A DNA stretch of 64,000 nucleotides from Octopus vulgaris (lineage: Eukaryota). Made by a program: the position numbers and the translations under genes. The stretch covers positions 73,408,001 to 73,472,000 of the forward strand of contig OX597817.1 of assembly GCA_951406725.2 (NCBI GenBank), in the 5' to 3' direction. The first letter of the stretch is position 1. Each line of letters starts with the position of its first letter. This document shows, piece by piece, positions 11,339 through 26,032 of the stretch. The notes under the pieces are model-generated. The model saw nothing but the letters and a program-made list of their open reading frames with translations. It was not told where the DNA came from and searched no databases.

Positions 11339-11996
11339 CAACAACAACAACAATGATAATAATAATAATAATAGCAATAATAATCGTTCTACTTTAGGCT
11401 CAAGCTGTGAATTTGGGTTCGGGTGGGGAGGTGCTAAGTCGTTTGCATCGACCTTAGTACTCAACTGTTATTTATTTTACCAACCACGAAAGTATGACAG
11501 GTAAAGTAATAATAGAGTGAAAATAGAGCGGTAGGTTACAGAAATGGTAGGGTGCTGGATGGATGTTTTACGATATCTTATTCGGTGCACAAGATAACTC
11601 GCAGTGCTTAAATACATATCTTCACGTTCTGAGTCCTGATCCCATTGGAGTTCATTTTGCGATTCCCCGTCCCATGACCTATAAAATAATGTAACAGTCA
11701 AATACTGAAGACGAGTTGATTTCGTCGACTCAACACCTGTCACAAATAGCTGGAGCCTTGTTCTAGTGTTAGAAATCGTTGTTATTATTAGAAACAATTT
11801 ATACGATAGTTTTGTGTCAATTTTCAGCCAGAACTGTATGTATAAATGTGCGATTTCACATTTAATGAGTCTTAAAGAGGAGAACGAAAAATAATAATTG
11901 AGAGTACAAAGCTAAAACACTAACATAAAACAAAAACAGACTCACATACACATATCTACATACATAAGTACAAGTACGTATATATTTATAGTTATG

Positions 11997-12067
<71 letters not shown>

Positions 12068-12076
12068 GTACACACG

Positions 12077-12139
<63 letters not shown>

Positions 12140-12329
12140 GTTTGCAAATAAGTTCAGAGAAATATAATACAACCGTAAAGTTGACATCAAACATTTCAGA
12201 GCAATAAACAGGAACAATAAATGTGATATCAATGATGTCAAAGAAATCTACGGGCAATAAATAACTATTAACTTTTGGAGCCAAAGATATATATCAAGAG
12301 GCAAACAGAGAAGAGAGAGAGAAAGTGAG

Positions 12330-12365
<36 letters not shown>

Positions 12366-12939
12366 AAGAAAGAGAAAGAGAGTGAGTTGATAGAGATGTA
12401 AAAATGGCGAGGAAATATACTCTTTTTTATGCAAATGTGCACACACACACATACATACATATATATATAAATGCGTGTGTGTGTATATGCATTTGCATAA
12501 ACATACGTTTATGATTTTGTATAATAATGTGACTACCAACCTTAAGTTTTATACTGAAAATAGCATTCAGGAGATGGATGGCAGTAATTTGTGTGACATT
12601 TTCGTCGAATATATCCGATGAATGCACAATTTCGCATGAAGCTTAGTCATGGAGTAGTAGTCGTATTTATCAACCATATTATAATAAATATACTTTTCAT
12701 ACATATCGTATTGGATTCTAGACAAATGGTAGTATACAATTTATATACTGTTATGATTTTCCGGCTCCATAGTTTCAATGCTTTTGTAATTTATTTACAA
12801 CCTTTTTGGTTTTTTTGCGTACTTTTTATTTTCCTACTTTGATTTGCTCTCGTTTATTATTTACTATTTTCGTTCCTTTTTGCACACTAGAATAGGATAT
12901 AACTATACCTCTCTCTCCTCTCTCTCTTTCTCTCGCTCT

Positions 12940-13135
12940 TTTATCTTTTACTTTTTTCAGTGATTAGACTACGGTCATACAGGGGCACCGCCTTGAAGAA
13001 TTTTAATCGAACGAATCGACCCCAGTACTTGGGGATTTCAAACCTGGTACTTATTTTATCGATCTCTTTTTGCCGAACCACTAAGTTACAGGGACATAAA
13101 CACGCCACCAGCGCTTGACAACCGGTGTTGGTGGT
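12940..13135 (-). mobile_element. SINE family B, 3' half
   Basis: Reverse complement of the family B tail (ttttgccgaaccactaagttac, caccgccttgaag). Confidence 0.75.
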
Positions 13136-13189
13136 ACAAATAGACACACATGCACTTGCACACTCACTCACACACGCGATCAACATCTG

Positions 13190-13690
13190 CAGGGATGACC
13201 TAAGCAGGGATGACCTAAGCATCCCAGAGGAATGATGTAGAAGGGAGAAAAGACTGAGCATAGGAACAGTGCGGGGCGGGAGGGGCTGAACACAACAAGG
13301 GTAATGAAAGGTGAAGGAACGAGCTGGTCAGGGTTGTCTGAGCGGTGGAATGAGGAGTCCAACGATAGAAATACCCTGTAGAACCGGGGACATTTTAGTA
13401 GCGATAGAAAAAATGGAAAGAGGAAACAGAACACCAGTGAACCAAAGACTAAAGACTTTGAATGATTTAATGTCAATCAGTCAAGCAGACCTTCTTTGGA
13501 TGCCGTCCGGGATATCTGCATGCGTATTAGTAACACCCTCCCAGATGTAGCAACGCTCTATTGTAGGTCTTGTGGAGTTATATAAAGTGTCAGCCATTGC
13601 TGGAGGCCAAAAAAATTTTCAAGCTTTGAAGAAGAGTGCCAATGATAGGAATGCAGTAGCGGGTGTGTAGAGGATGTTCTTTCGCCGATT
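13190..13690 (-). mobile_element. Decayed 3' end of a CR1/L2/Jockey-group LINE ORF2
   Basis: Minus translation LTLYNSTRPTIERCYIWEG...DGIQRRSA*LI resembles the post-RT LYKS.IRP.LEY...W...IQRRA.R.I block. Confidence 0.6.
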
Positions 13691-13748
13691 TTGATATTAA
13701 GAAAGATGTTGATGTTAAGAATGGTGTTGATATTACTGCTATTGTCAG

Positions 13749-13945
13749 GGCGGCGAGCTGGCAGAATCGTTAGTACGCCGGGCGAAATGTTTAGCGGTAT
13801 ATCGTTTACCGCTACGTTCTGAGTTCAACTTTGTCTCTCATCCTTTCGGGGTCGATTAAATAAGTACCAGTTACGCACTTGGGTCGATGTATTCAACTTA
13901 ATCCCTTCCCCCAAATTTGAGGCTTGTGCTTCCAGTAGAAAGAAT
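13749..13945 (+). mobile_element. SINE family A
   Basis: ggcggcgagctggcagaatcgttag...catcctttcggggtcga..aagtaccagtt, with a short internal deletion. Confidence 0.9.
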
Positions 13946-13956
13946 ATTACTGCTAT

Positions 13957-13994
<38 letters not shown>

Positions 13995-14180
13995 CGTGAG
14001 AGGCGGGGGGGAGAGAAATAAATCCTTGCCATGGCCTATATAGTAGTACTCCTTGATTTATCAAACACATTAATACATTGCTTGATTGCTGCTAATAAAT
14101 TGCATTTTGTGCCAAAGAAGCAACTATTAGTTTCACACATCATTGAAAAAGCAGAGAAACAGAGATAAATAAAAGATGTT

Positions 14181-14242
<62 letters not shown>

Positions 14243-14268
14243 TAAAAGGGCCTGTTTTTAAAATGAAA

Positions 14269-14324
<56 letters not shown>

Positions 14325-14885
14325 ATTCTTTAAAATTTAAAATCAGACCTTTTGGATTTGACAGAAAAAAGAAAAAAAGAATGGCTGAATCAAAATACTA
14401 AATTAATTTCATAGAAAATTTTTAAAATGTTGCATGGAGAAATATATTTCAGACTTGATTGCCTGACGGGAAGATTTTAGTTATGTTGATAAAAAACCAA
14501 TGAGGTTCGTGTATCGTTTATTTAGAAGAATGCAAATCTTAATAACAATCATAAGCATTGTAAATTTGTTGGTGAATACTACAAATGCACTCAAAGAAGT
14601 GCATGGATTGCATTTTAATTTCCGAGAGGAATGATCGGTATAAGCGATATTGATGTTAGCTTACTTCTGTATCTGCGCTGGGCAAACGAAAGGAAGTTCG
14701 GACAGACTCCAAATAACTTTAATGTAAAGTTTACTTATCCATGCACTTGAGAGGAAAATTGAGTTGTTTATATGTAATCTCAGCGACTATCTATATCGAT
14801 CAAGGAGTGGTCGCTTCTGATCGTTTTGGGGGAAGCAAAACGTTATATCGATTTAGTACTCGTCTAGTACATGTGTTCGCACGCG

Positions 14886-14992
<107 letters not shown>

Positions 14993-15038
14993 TTATGCAT
15001 CTATACATATGTACACATCATAAAAGTATATATATAGA

Positions 15039-15820
15039 CTAGCAAATGTACCCGCTCTTTGGACGGTTTAAGTTGCTTTCGTGGTATTTTTTTCACCAAA
15101 TAGTTGAACTACCGAGAAGGTTTATGTGTAGCATGGCAATCTGTTTCCAATTAACCTAGGAACAGAAAATCAAATTGAAGGCTGGTTATTGTGGAGGTCG
15201 TTGCACTTTGATTATCATAGAACATATAAGTTTGCAAGCGATGTAAAGTAGAGCTACTGAAGTGTTTTGGGAGTAGATTACGGATAATGACTACAAAATA
15301 TAGTTGTTTTACATGAAAGCAAAATTTCTTGTCAGAAACAGCCACATAAATGGTGTAAGGAAATTGAAGGAAGATGTTGAAACTTCCCCTCTGCGAGGTT
15401 ATTTTTTTCAACAGCAAAGGGAGCTATTTTTTTTGAGAGAAAAGCTAACAAAAGCACTCATTTTTTCACAATGAAAAATCGCGTCCTATTAGCCGGAATT
15501 TCGCAACAAAATGTATGTTTATTAAGCACAACAGCCTGCAGTGCATGCCGGTGGGCATTAAAAGCTAATCGCACAAACCTAGAGGGGCTCTAGGCACCCT
15601 TGAATCGATAAAAACATCACTCTTTTTGCCATAGCAACCACATCTTTATAGCTTGCGAATTTAAACCATCGTGGGTCTCATCCTCATCACGCATTTAGTA
15701 TCCCTGCCAATTTTCAGCTCGATCCTAACCTCGGTTTGGCCGCCATTAACCGCCAAAGCAAAATGTGCATACAATTTTCGTCCAAGGACTGTTATTTATC
15801 TATATCTATAGATATAGATA
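15039..15820 (-). mobile_element. Non-autonomous Helitron-like element
   Basis: On the minus strand it starts TCTATATCTAT... and ends with an imperfect GC hairpin (ccgtccaaagagcggg) followed by CTAG|T. It sits in TA-rich sequence. Confidence 0.6.
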
Positions 15821-16547
15821 AATATATACGTACATGCATATATGGAAATTCAATTTACCAGATTAACATCACGCAGTTTATAATATTTAGCGGTGCATTT
15901 GGTTAGTACAGGAAATGAACCTAATACATTTCTTGAGCTAAAGAAGAATGAACAGGATAAACAGAAGTTAATTCATATTTCTGATGCTCGTGTGACTGTC
16001 ATCGGAACACATATTTTAAAATATACTTTATGTTACTGGTGAACGATAAACGCTGTTACTTATGTAGTTAGTGTACGAATTGCACACAAAACTGTTCCCT
16101 ATAATTGATAGCCTATGACAATACAATTTATTCTAGACATCAACTTATTGCAAAGAAATAGTCAGTCAATCTTTCATTCAGTCCAACATTTGTTTGTGCT
16201 CTATTCCCTCTTCCGGTATATCAACTGCTTAATTTTTTTTTTATCTAATTCTTAGTATGTAACTGGTACTTCTCAAAACTAGAGGAGATGTTTCATTCGA
16301 AAAAGCATTTATAGGAGCAAGTATGTTAGTAAATTACACCGGAGGGTGTACATTGGGTACGGAGACAAACAAACAGACAGAGGATGACGTGATGCAGAAC
16401 GAAAGAATGAAAATAGAAGTGAAAGAATTAATTAGGGAAAGAAAAAAATACGTTAAGAAATGTAGAGTTGAATTAATAGTAAGGAAAATAAGCAAAAGGA
16501 AAAGAAAGAGAGAAAAAGAAAAGAAATGCAGAATGTCGGGCTGAGAA

Positions 16548-16550
<3 letters not shown>

Positions 16551-16620
<70 letters not shown>

Positions 16621-17075
16621 ATATGGTGGAATGTGTCCAATACATAAATAAATGAAGAAATAAAAAATAGAAATTTAAATAAAGAAATAACGGTCGAATT
16701 CGTAAAAAGGGAAAGAATCAAGGGTTATATAAAAATGAAAAGAGAATGAACGAAAAAAGGAGAGTTGATGAAAGACAAGAAGGAAAGAAGAATTTATGAA
16801 TGAATGACATAAAGAACGACAACACAAAAGAAAGAATGAAAGACACGCAGAATAGATGAGAAAGGTTGAAAGAGAGAAAGAAAAAGTGAAACAAAGAATG
16901 TAGGAAAGGAAAAAAGAAATAAATGATGATACATAAAAAAAACGAATAAAAAGTGAAAGAAAAAAGCTAACGGAATGAGAGAAAAAGTGAATGAAACAAA
17001 GAAAGGAAGAAAAAAACAGACGAAAGAAAGGAAGAAAAAAACAGATGAAAGATCGAAAACAAGAAACAAAGCAAA
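16551..17075. repeat. (GA)n tract followed by degenerate purine-rich low-complexity sequence
   Basis: Seen directly. Confidence 0.85.
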
Positions 17076-17817
17076 AATAGGTAAGCTTATTTGTAATTAG
17101 TTTTATTGTGTTCAGAATTGCTCTCTTCATGAATATTTTTCACTCGTTTATTTTGTTGTGCTTGTTCTTTTTTGTCGTTCGTTCGCCTTCCTTCAGTTGT
17201 CGTCTGCTCATATTTGTAACCACAGTACGTCTAACCTAAATACATTCAGTCTTTGTCAATGTTTCTCCATTATGTACATACATGTACGTAAAAAATAAAT
17301 AGAAATGAAGATAAAAAATGAAAATATACTACAAAAAGACTTTTAAAATTAGAAGGTAATTACAGAGAACAGTACAAAAACGAAATCTAATGTGTATGTG
17401 TATACATGTGCACACAGATACGCATGCATAGATACACACACATACACATACAGGAGCGCAGAAGTGTGTGTGTGTGTGTATGCGTTTATGTACGTGTATG
17501 TGAGTGTGAGTGCGCCCTATCTTTGGATTGCAACGGTAACTATTTGACAGCCAACTGTCGAAACGACGAGAAAACATTCTTTTACAACAATATATGCAGT
17601 CTTATTTTTAATGAGCTGGCGCAGCCTATCTAGCTACCTGACCCTCCTCCAAACACACACACACACACACAAACACACCCACACACGCACACACACCACA
17701 CCCACACCCACACACAGAGGCACACATCTACACGTCTTTATATATTTATATATATATGATTATATATATATGTTTAGATGTATATACATGTATAAGAATG
17801 TGTGTATGTATGTATAC

Positions 17818-17925
<108 letters not shown>

Positions 17926-18529
17926 TTGTATATATATATGTGTATATATATATATATATTTACGTATTAGGTAGATATGTACGTAGAAATGATTGAGAAT
18001 AAATATATATGTAGATTTGTATGTTTGCACACACACACACACACACACATGCACACACACACACAAATATACATATGTATACACACATACACTCACATAC
18101 ATATACATGTATATTTGTATATGTGTATAAGCGTACTGTTTGTGTGTGTGCTTTCAACGGCAAAAATGCACACAAACTGACGGGTTAAAAAACACAGAAA
18201 CGTTTGCTATAAATTAAAATACTGATGAATAAAGGGATATATAGACATTGACAGCCAGACATAGTTCATAAATATGTATGTTTATGCGAGTGTGTGTGTT
18301 TAAGTATGTATATGATGTTAATATATAGGTACGTATATGTATAGACGTATATGTGTGTGTGTGCATGTGTGTGTGTAGAAGTATGTATATGATGCTATAT
18401 GTATAGGCATGTGTATGTATGTACGTACGTACGTGTGTGTGTGTGTGTATATATATATATGCATGCGTGTGTATACATACACACATACATACACACACAC
18501 ACACATGCACATATACGCATGCGCACACT

Positions 18530-18697
18530 TTTTCTTTTACTTATGCGACTCATTTGATTGTGCCCGCGCTGGGGCAATGTCTTGAAGGGTTTAGTCGTTC
18601 TAATCGGCCCCAGTCTTTATATTTTAAGTCTGGTATTTATTCTATCGATCTGTTTTGTCGAAACGAGCATGTAAACAGGACCAAAACTGGTTGTCCA
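18530..18697 (-). mobile_element. SINE family B, diverged 3' half
   Basis: Diverged reverse complement of the family B tail. Confidence 0.55.
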
Positions 18698-18739
18698 GCT
18701 CTGCGCGAGAAAGACCCATGCACATACATTAATTTATTC

Positions 18740-18780
<41 letters not shown>

Positions 18781-18793
18781 ATAAGCAAATATA

Positions 18794-19304
18794 CTGTAAA
18801 TCCTCGAGTATAATCCGCACTTTTCCCCCAAAATTTAAATGTCAGAATTCCTAGTGCGTACTATATACGATGTTAAAAATGAAAAATATTTTCTTAGCAA
18901 CGTCCGAGTCTATATTTTCTATCCTGCAATCAGACGCATTTTGCGATGTCGGGCGCGAAAATTCTTTAAGCTAAGCTTGATAGCAATGAAGTTATAAAAG
19001 AATCATCCATAACTTACAGTAAGCAACATTTATTAAAATTGAGGTATTCAAAACACAGAATAACATATAACAAAAACAATTTGCAAACATATTTACATTC
19101 CCATATAACAGTTAAGAACATCACCATTATTGTATTACGCATGCGCGGAAGTGTTTGTTCGACTAGGTGCTGCTGGCTTAGTTACACACGACTCAAGTTA
19201 GAGAAGGTTTATTATACTCAAGGTTTAGGTTTTGTAGAGGTACAGCCCCCTAAAAATCCCCTGCGTATTATACTCAAGGGCGGACTATATTCAAGGATTT
19301 ACGC
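18794..19304. mobile_element. MITE, pogo/Tc2-like (TA target site)
   Basis: TIRs ctgtaaatcctcgagtata / tatattcaaggatttacgc flanked by TA. Homologous to 48427-48940. Confidence 0.85.
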
Positions 19305-19799
19305 TACATACATACATACATACATACATACATACATGCATGCATGCATATATGGTGGAGGTTTACTCGTGACCAAGTAAGACAACTTCTTAGAATGAAG
19401 AATCCAAGAAATTCCTGCGCGTGAATTTGTTTTGAATGAGTGAAGTATTGCACAGATTTGAAACCACTTTTCACCGCGAACAATTCTAACAACAATGGCA
19501 CAACAGAAGTTGACACGACCAGTAACCAAATGTACTTCAGGTTTTTTATACGAGTTTACGTTCTCCCAGAAGGAAGAACTGACAAGAGCTAGGGATCCTT
19601 TATCCCCTTCCCTAGTTGTCAATATGGTAGTTAACATATTGCTGGGACCCTGACAGGATATCCACTACCAGGTCAAAGTAGACTTGGGAAAAATAGGTGA
19701 TAAGAGGTGGTTCCACAGGCTTCGAAACTCCGGAACTCTCGAACCAGTGCTCAGCTAGCCGACCCAGTTCAACGTCGTAACTTTGAAATATATACACAC

Positions 19800-20157
<358 letters not shown>

Positions 20158-20515
20158 TACATTGCCCAGCAGATTTTAACAAAGATAAAGTTCAGCGAAA
20201 AAGAAAATACCTACGCCGAACTATTCAGAAATCTACAGCTACTCTGCTCAGATTACGAGTTCAGGTTTATACCTGTAATTACTGGGGCACTGGGATATGT
20301 AACACACTGCCTAAATACTAATCTTGAGAAATTAGGCTTCTCAAAACCAGGAAGGAGAAAACTGATTCGAAGACTACAGTTTAAAGCCATCACTGGAACT
20401 GTAAAAATCTGTAAAACTTCCCAGAAGTTTATCATTTAAGTATAAATGAGCATCTCTAGACTTGCAATTACATGCATGAGAATACATGCATAAAAACAAA
20501 ACATACAAATCTACG
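20158..20515 (+). mobile_element. 3' end of an RLE-type (R4-like) non-LTR retrotransposon, followed by (TACA)n
   Basis: EKENTYAELFRNLQLL...FIPVITGALGYV...LQFKAITGTVKICK. A short 3' UTR runs into (TACA)n. Confidence 0.75.
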
Positions 20516-21187
20516 CATATACATGCACATATACATACATACAAACATACATACGTACATACATACATACATTCATACATACATACATACATACATGCAT
20601 ACATACATACATACATACATTCATACATACATACATACATACATACATACATACAAAAATACTCTGTTGGTGAAGGAGCCTTGGATCTAGGTTAGAACTC
20701 AGCTCTCTATTGGCATGAAATCTTGAAATAAAACTAAATAACCATATACATACTAATACGCACGCACACACGGACACACGGCGGGCTTCCTCACTGTTTC
20801 CGCCTGAAATATTCACTCACAAGGCATTGCTCGGCCCGGGGCTATACTAGAAAAAACATATTCAATGTGACATACATATATGTCGTCTGTCTCGATTCTC
20901 TGTTTATATCGTTGTTCGAAAAAAAGTTCGTTTTCTATGTTTTTGTTTTTTTTATGCTCTCGTTTCTCATTTTCTTCACGTTTTTTTTAAAGTCCTGTAC
21001 CCATATATGCATGTATATATACATATAGATGTAGGTATATATATACATGTATCTATATTTGCATATATTTATATATCATTTATATTATTATATTATCGAA
21101 CGCCACGCATCCATTTCCAAGTATATATGCATATATATGCATATATATATATATATATATATATAATGCATATATATATATATATAA

Positions 21188-21228
<41 letters not shown>

Positions 21229-21247
21229 TGTATATATATAATGCCTG

Positions 21248-21287
<40 letters not shown>

Positions 21288-21424
21288 CAGAGAGAGACAG
21301 ACGCACGTGCGCATACGCACACGTATGTATATAATGTATTTATGTATGTATGTGGTATGCACCATAACCACCTACACCACATACAGCATCAATAAAAATA
21401 ACTTCAGCTATTGCTGCTGCTGCA

Positions 21425-21477
<53 letters not shown>

Positions 21478-21714
21478 AACAACAACAACAACAACAACTA
21501 CTACTACTTCTACTAGTCACATTGCCGATGTGAAAAATGTTAAGGATTTTCGTATTTCTCAAATTTAATTCACTATCATGCTTATACAATATTACGCAAA
21601 AGTCATTTTTCATTTTAAGACAAATGATTTTTGTTTCTATTTTTTAACTAAAACGCGAAGAAAAATTTCCCGTTAGATATATTTATTTTGGGGTCATGGA
21701 AATTATTTTGAACT

Positions 21715-21920
21715 AATTGTGGAATATAACACCCTCAAATACCTTCCATTTTCAGCTTGGCAGAGTCGAACCCTCGCTGAGCAGTGTTCCATGACAGCGG
21801 GTAATGAATCTGGCTCCAACGCTGTAATTTCTTGTCGAATACTATTCTTCAGTTTTTGGAGCGTTTAGGATTATTTAGAAAAATACCGTCTTTAAGATAA
21901 TCCCATATGAAGAAGTTGAA
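21715..21920 (-). mobile_element. Tc1/mariner-superfamily transposase C-terminal remnant
   Basis: Minus translation FFIWDYLKD...(frameshift) TLQKLKNSIRQEITALEP..VMEHCSARVRLCQAENG. Confidence 0.65.
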
Positions 21921-21988
21921 AAAAAAATCAGAAGCAATCAAACCCAAAATAGAAAGTAATTTTTGTACTACTCTATATATAAGTGAAT

Positions 21989-22200
21989 TCGCGTGGCTTA
22001 ATAGTTAGAGTATTGCGCCTACGATCTTGCGATCACGGTTTCAATTCTAGGGCTGCGTGTTGCGTTATGTTCTTGAGCAAAAGACTTCATTTTTATGTTG
22101 CCTCAGTCCACTCAACTGTAAAAAAGTAACCCTGGAATGAACTTGGTTACTTAAATGCCATGAAAACCGAGTAACCGACCAATTGAGTCCTGCGACTCGA
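21989..22200 (+). mobile_element. SINE family C (diverged)
   Basis: tRNA-like head gcgtggcttaatagttagagtatt...ggtttcaattc, and gttcttgagcaa..cagtccactcaactg shared with 23165-23418. Confidence 0.6.
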
Positions 22201-22219
22201 GAAAATAACGCCCGGGTGT

Positions 22220-22252
<33 letters not shown>

Positions 22253-22479
22253 ATATATAGAAACGGTATGAGTGAGTAAGAGTGTATGCAGAGTTTGAAT
22301 TCCATGAAAGCTGAGTAACATCTAGGTTAACGCTGAGAGGATCTGGTTGTTGCTGTCACAGTATCAGTTGTTGTTGTTGTTTAATCCCAGGTTAGCTAGG
22401 GTTCAGCAAATCTATGACCAAAGACATTTTCAGCGGTGATAATACTGTCTTTTGCTTTTTGGCACAATATACCTTTCAT

Positions 22480-22789
22480 TACACACAGGTGTCAATTGCA
22501 CAAGATTTCCTTAATTGTGTTGAGAACGATGAAAACTTTTTGAAAAGTTTGCGTAGGCCTCTGAGCAAATTCTCTGCCCAGCTTCCTCTGTCAGTGTTAA
22601 TGCGACGATTACACGCTTCACACCTTCCTCCCAAGCACTACTGTAAACAGCAGAAGTGAGCTAAAACGTTAAAACTTTGTGCGCATGCACAACAGAGTTC
22701 GATCTCAACCTGTGCTAAGCAGCTTCACCCTGCATGCTTTAGATTCGTTACTATGGCAACAGTCCGGATACTTACTGATCAGATCACGT
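22480..22789. mobile_element. Rearranged mariner remnant (transposase fragment plus one TIR)
   Basis: QVSIAQDFLNCVENDENFLK on the plus strand, and a mariner-type TIR end ccggatacttactgatcagatcacgta. Confidence 0.55.
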
Positions 22790-23164
22790 ATGCTTTCTCA
22801 ATCTCCCGCTCACGTTCTCTCTCCTCTCTCTCCTCTCTTTCTCTCTACCTCTCTCTCTTTCTCTCTACCTCTCTCTCTTTCTCTCTCTTTTATCTTTTGA
22901 AGGCAAGAGCGTATGACATAAGAGATTTGGTTACTGTATTCTGGCAAGTTGAGCTATCACTCATGTTGACTCATGAATTATTAATTAGTTAGATGTGAGG
23001 AAGTACCTATAAGATTTGCAAGTTCTTCCTGACTGTTTATAAGTAGTCTATTCAGAGAAATAAAAGAATTACTCATATTCCTTTTTTTGGAGTCTTCGTG
23101 ATTGGTGGGACGAACTTGGGATTTTATCCTCAAGCCGGAGATCTGGCCCAAGTATTGACACTGT

Positions 23165-23418
23165 TCATGTTGATCCGATAAACATGAACAGCCTGCTCAT
23201 GAAATTAGTGCACAAGTGGTTAAGCATTCCACAATCCCTTAAGGGAAGGTTCAGCGTGACAAGGCTGGCCCTTTGATATACAGGTACTACTCAATTTTGC
23301 CAGCTGAGTGGACTGGAGCAACGTGAAATAAAGTGTTTTGCTGAACACACCGCCCGGAATCGAACTCACGGTCGTAAGATCGTGAGCCGAATCCCCTAAC
23401 CAATATGCCACACGCCTT
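23165..23418 (-). mobile_element. SINE family C
   Basis: tRNA-like head on the minus strand (ggcgtgtggcatattggttagggg...gagttcgattcc). The body is shared with 32113-32412 and 48257-49088. Confidence 0.85.
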
Positions 23419-24029
23419 CAAAAGGCCCAAGTACTTGCAACAGAGTATACCATCAAGAACTAGGTTGTGATAATTAAACTGGACTACACAAGGCTTTGGT
23501 CAACCCGATGCTATGACTGAAGACGCTTACCCAAAGTTCCGTACTGTGGATCGCACTAAATCTCACGGAGCTGCAAAGTGAAATGTTGATTATATAGTCA
23601 TAACTAAACACCAAATCTTCTGGAGATGTCGGGAATTGAACTCAGCGATCATTAATATAGCTAATGGGAATTAGGCTTAGAAATGTGATACCGATACCAC
23701 TTCTAAATGTTTTTAGACTAGAGATACAGAAGACTAGAGATACAGAATTAAATATATTCATCTGCTTTAGGCTATATTTTGCTATGTTTCACAAATGTTC
23801 TCTTCTTACTTATCAAATATTTGCAGTAATGAATGAGCTGGTCTCTAACGAAGTGACGGTGTTCCACCGTCGGGAATTTAGACGACAAATTATGTATGTA
23901 TGTATGTATGTATGTATGTATGTATGTATGTATGTATGTATGTATGTATGTATGTATGTATGTATGTATGTATGTATGTATGTATGCATGTTTGAATGCA
24001 TGCATGCATGCATACATGCATGTACGTAT

Positions 24030-24490
24030 ATCTTTGGTGTTAACTCCACAAAGTCTGCATCGGTTGCCACATTTTACTGCTTTTCCTGTATCTCTGTCTC
24101 TTTTGTGCATCAGGTACTTGGTTGAATTTTCCTGTTCCGGGATTGCAAACGCATACCTTTCAAAATGAGAAGTAGTAATTCTGCTATTGGTCCACGATAG
24201 ACTGTTTTGATGATCGATGTTACTATCACCTCGGAGCTTTCTACTAACATACCCATGCATAGTCTTCTGCTCATATAGTCTCATCCTTTCATCTGATGAT
24301 ACGTTGCGGTAGAATCGTACGACTTCTGTGGGCATGTATTCTAGGTTATCAGGCAAAGAATGTTGCTCAAGGAGGTGCCTTCCAAGTCTTATGATGTAAT
24401 CAGCTTCATGTATGTAAACTTGGTCAAGGGATGTACTTCGACACTTGGTGGTTAAAAGATGTTGCCGAAGGGATATGATACGACATTCAA
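24030..24490 (-). mobile_element. R4-like non-LTR retrotransposon fragment (post-RT region to the CCHC finger) flanked by (TACA)n
   Basis: KTMHGY...SLSW...YAFAIPEQENSTKY...CRLCG in ORF 23772-24356. The rest of that ORF is microsatellite read-through. Confidence 0.75.
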
Positions 24491-24966
24491 TATGTATGCA
24501 TGTATGTATGTATGTATGTATGTATGTATGTATGTATGTATGTATGTATGTATGTATGTATGTATGTATGTATGTATGTATGTATGTTTGCTTGTTTGTT
24601 TGTATGTACTTTTTTTATTGAACTTTTTTTTATTTTGCATAATTTACAAACAACGTGACAAGACTTTTGTGACTTGAAACAGTTCCTGTGATTTGTGGAT
24701 AAGTATATCGGTTAATATATGCGTACATGTACATCGATGCATGTTTCGAAAAGCTACTTACATAGTGGGTATGTCATCTTAGTACACAAGTGTGCATGTT
24801 TAATCATGTTCGTGTGTGTATGTTTGCATGTCTGTATGTGTATGCTTATGTGTGTTTGTGCGTGACTATGTGTGTGTATACGCTAATGCACATGTGATTG
24901 CGTGAATGATTGAATAACTAGTGTTTAATTTAACTGGACACTTGCGAAGTAACAAAAGAAAATGTA

Positions 24967-25237
24967 ACAGATTATCATATTCTTTACAATGTCCTTTGGC
25001 TTGTAATTTGTCATATACATTTTAAGAAGTGTTGTAGATCTTTATTGTCCCAGATACAATAATAATCTGTGGGACATGTATTGGGTTATCCGGAAAGTTC
25101 GTGCTGATTTTTAAAGGTTAGAAAAAAGGTCAATAAATACTTGCTATTACATTTTTAATCAACCAAATATGAACCATTTTATTGCACAATGCGTCGCCAT
25201 CTTTCCTTTAACTTGAAAATACCCTCTTCCCAGAATT
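24967..25237. repeat. Left arm of a 271-bp inverted duplication (partner 26882-27152)
   Basis: Reverse-complement match with about 5 mismatches by eye. Confidence 0.95.
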
Positions 25238-25646
25238 GAGGTGTATTTATGGCAAAGAATTCACCAAGGTATCTTTTTACGTCATCCAAGGTATTGAAAT
25301 TTTTACCATTAAGACTATTCTGCAGAGACCTGAATAAGTGGAAATCCGAAGGAGCAATATCTGGTGAATATGGAGGGTGGGGTAACACATCCCAGCCGAG
25401 CTGCAGCAGTTTTTGTCTGGTTCTCAAAGCATCAAGTGCCGAAAATGAACTTTCTTATCTTCCATTTTAAATGGTTACAGAATTAACACAGGTTATAGGA
25501 ACATAAATCTTCTTCCACGAAAGATAGCTTAAACTGTGCTCTAAATGGAGATGTAGTCAAATCCTATTTTATGGACTCGACCATGTTCTAAAATAAGTCG
25601 GAAGTTAAGCTACTATAAATCGGCACGAACTTTCCGGACGACCCAA
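25081..25646 (-). mobile_element. Internally deleted mariner element with both TIRs and TA target duplication
   Basis: TIRs ttgggttatccggaaagttcgtgctgattt / aaatcggcacgaactttccggacgacccaa, with TA on both sides. The N-terminus MEDKKVHFRHLML (ATG at 25465) is joined out of frame to the C-terminus TRQKLLQLGWDVLPHPPYSPDIAPSDFHLFRSLQN. Confidence 0.92.
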
Positions 25647-25964
25647 TATTATAGAGCTACGTTAGTTTTACCATATCCCAACTGAATTCAGCTATACTTT
25701 CATTCAGGCTGATTGGTATATACCGTGATACAGTAGATACCAAAAACTGATAGTATATTATAAGTACACATCAGTGATCAATACAGGTCATCCTTTTGCT
25801 GTTACTTTTTACCACATTGACATAGAGGTAATGCGAGAAAGTCTTAATGGATGTTTGGCTTGCTAGAAATAACAGTAAAAATCTCCACCAAATCACACCC
25901 TATCGCCTTAAACTTGCATTCTGGAATATATGTTGTTTGAAGGGAAGAAGAGGGAGAGATTGAG

Positions 25965-26032
<68 letters not shown>

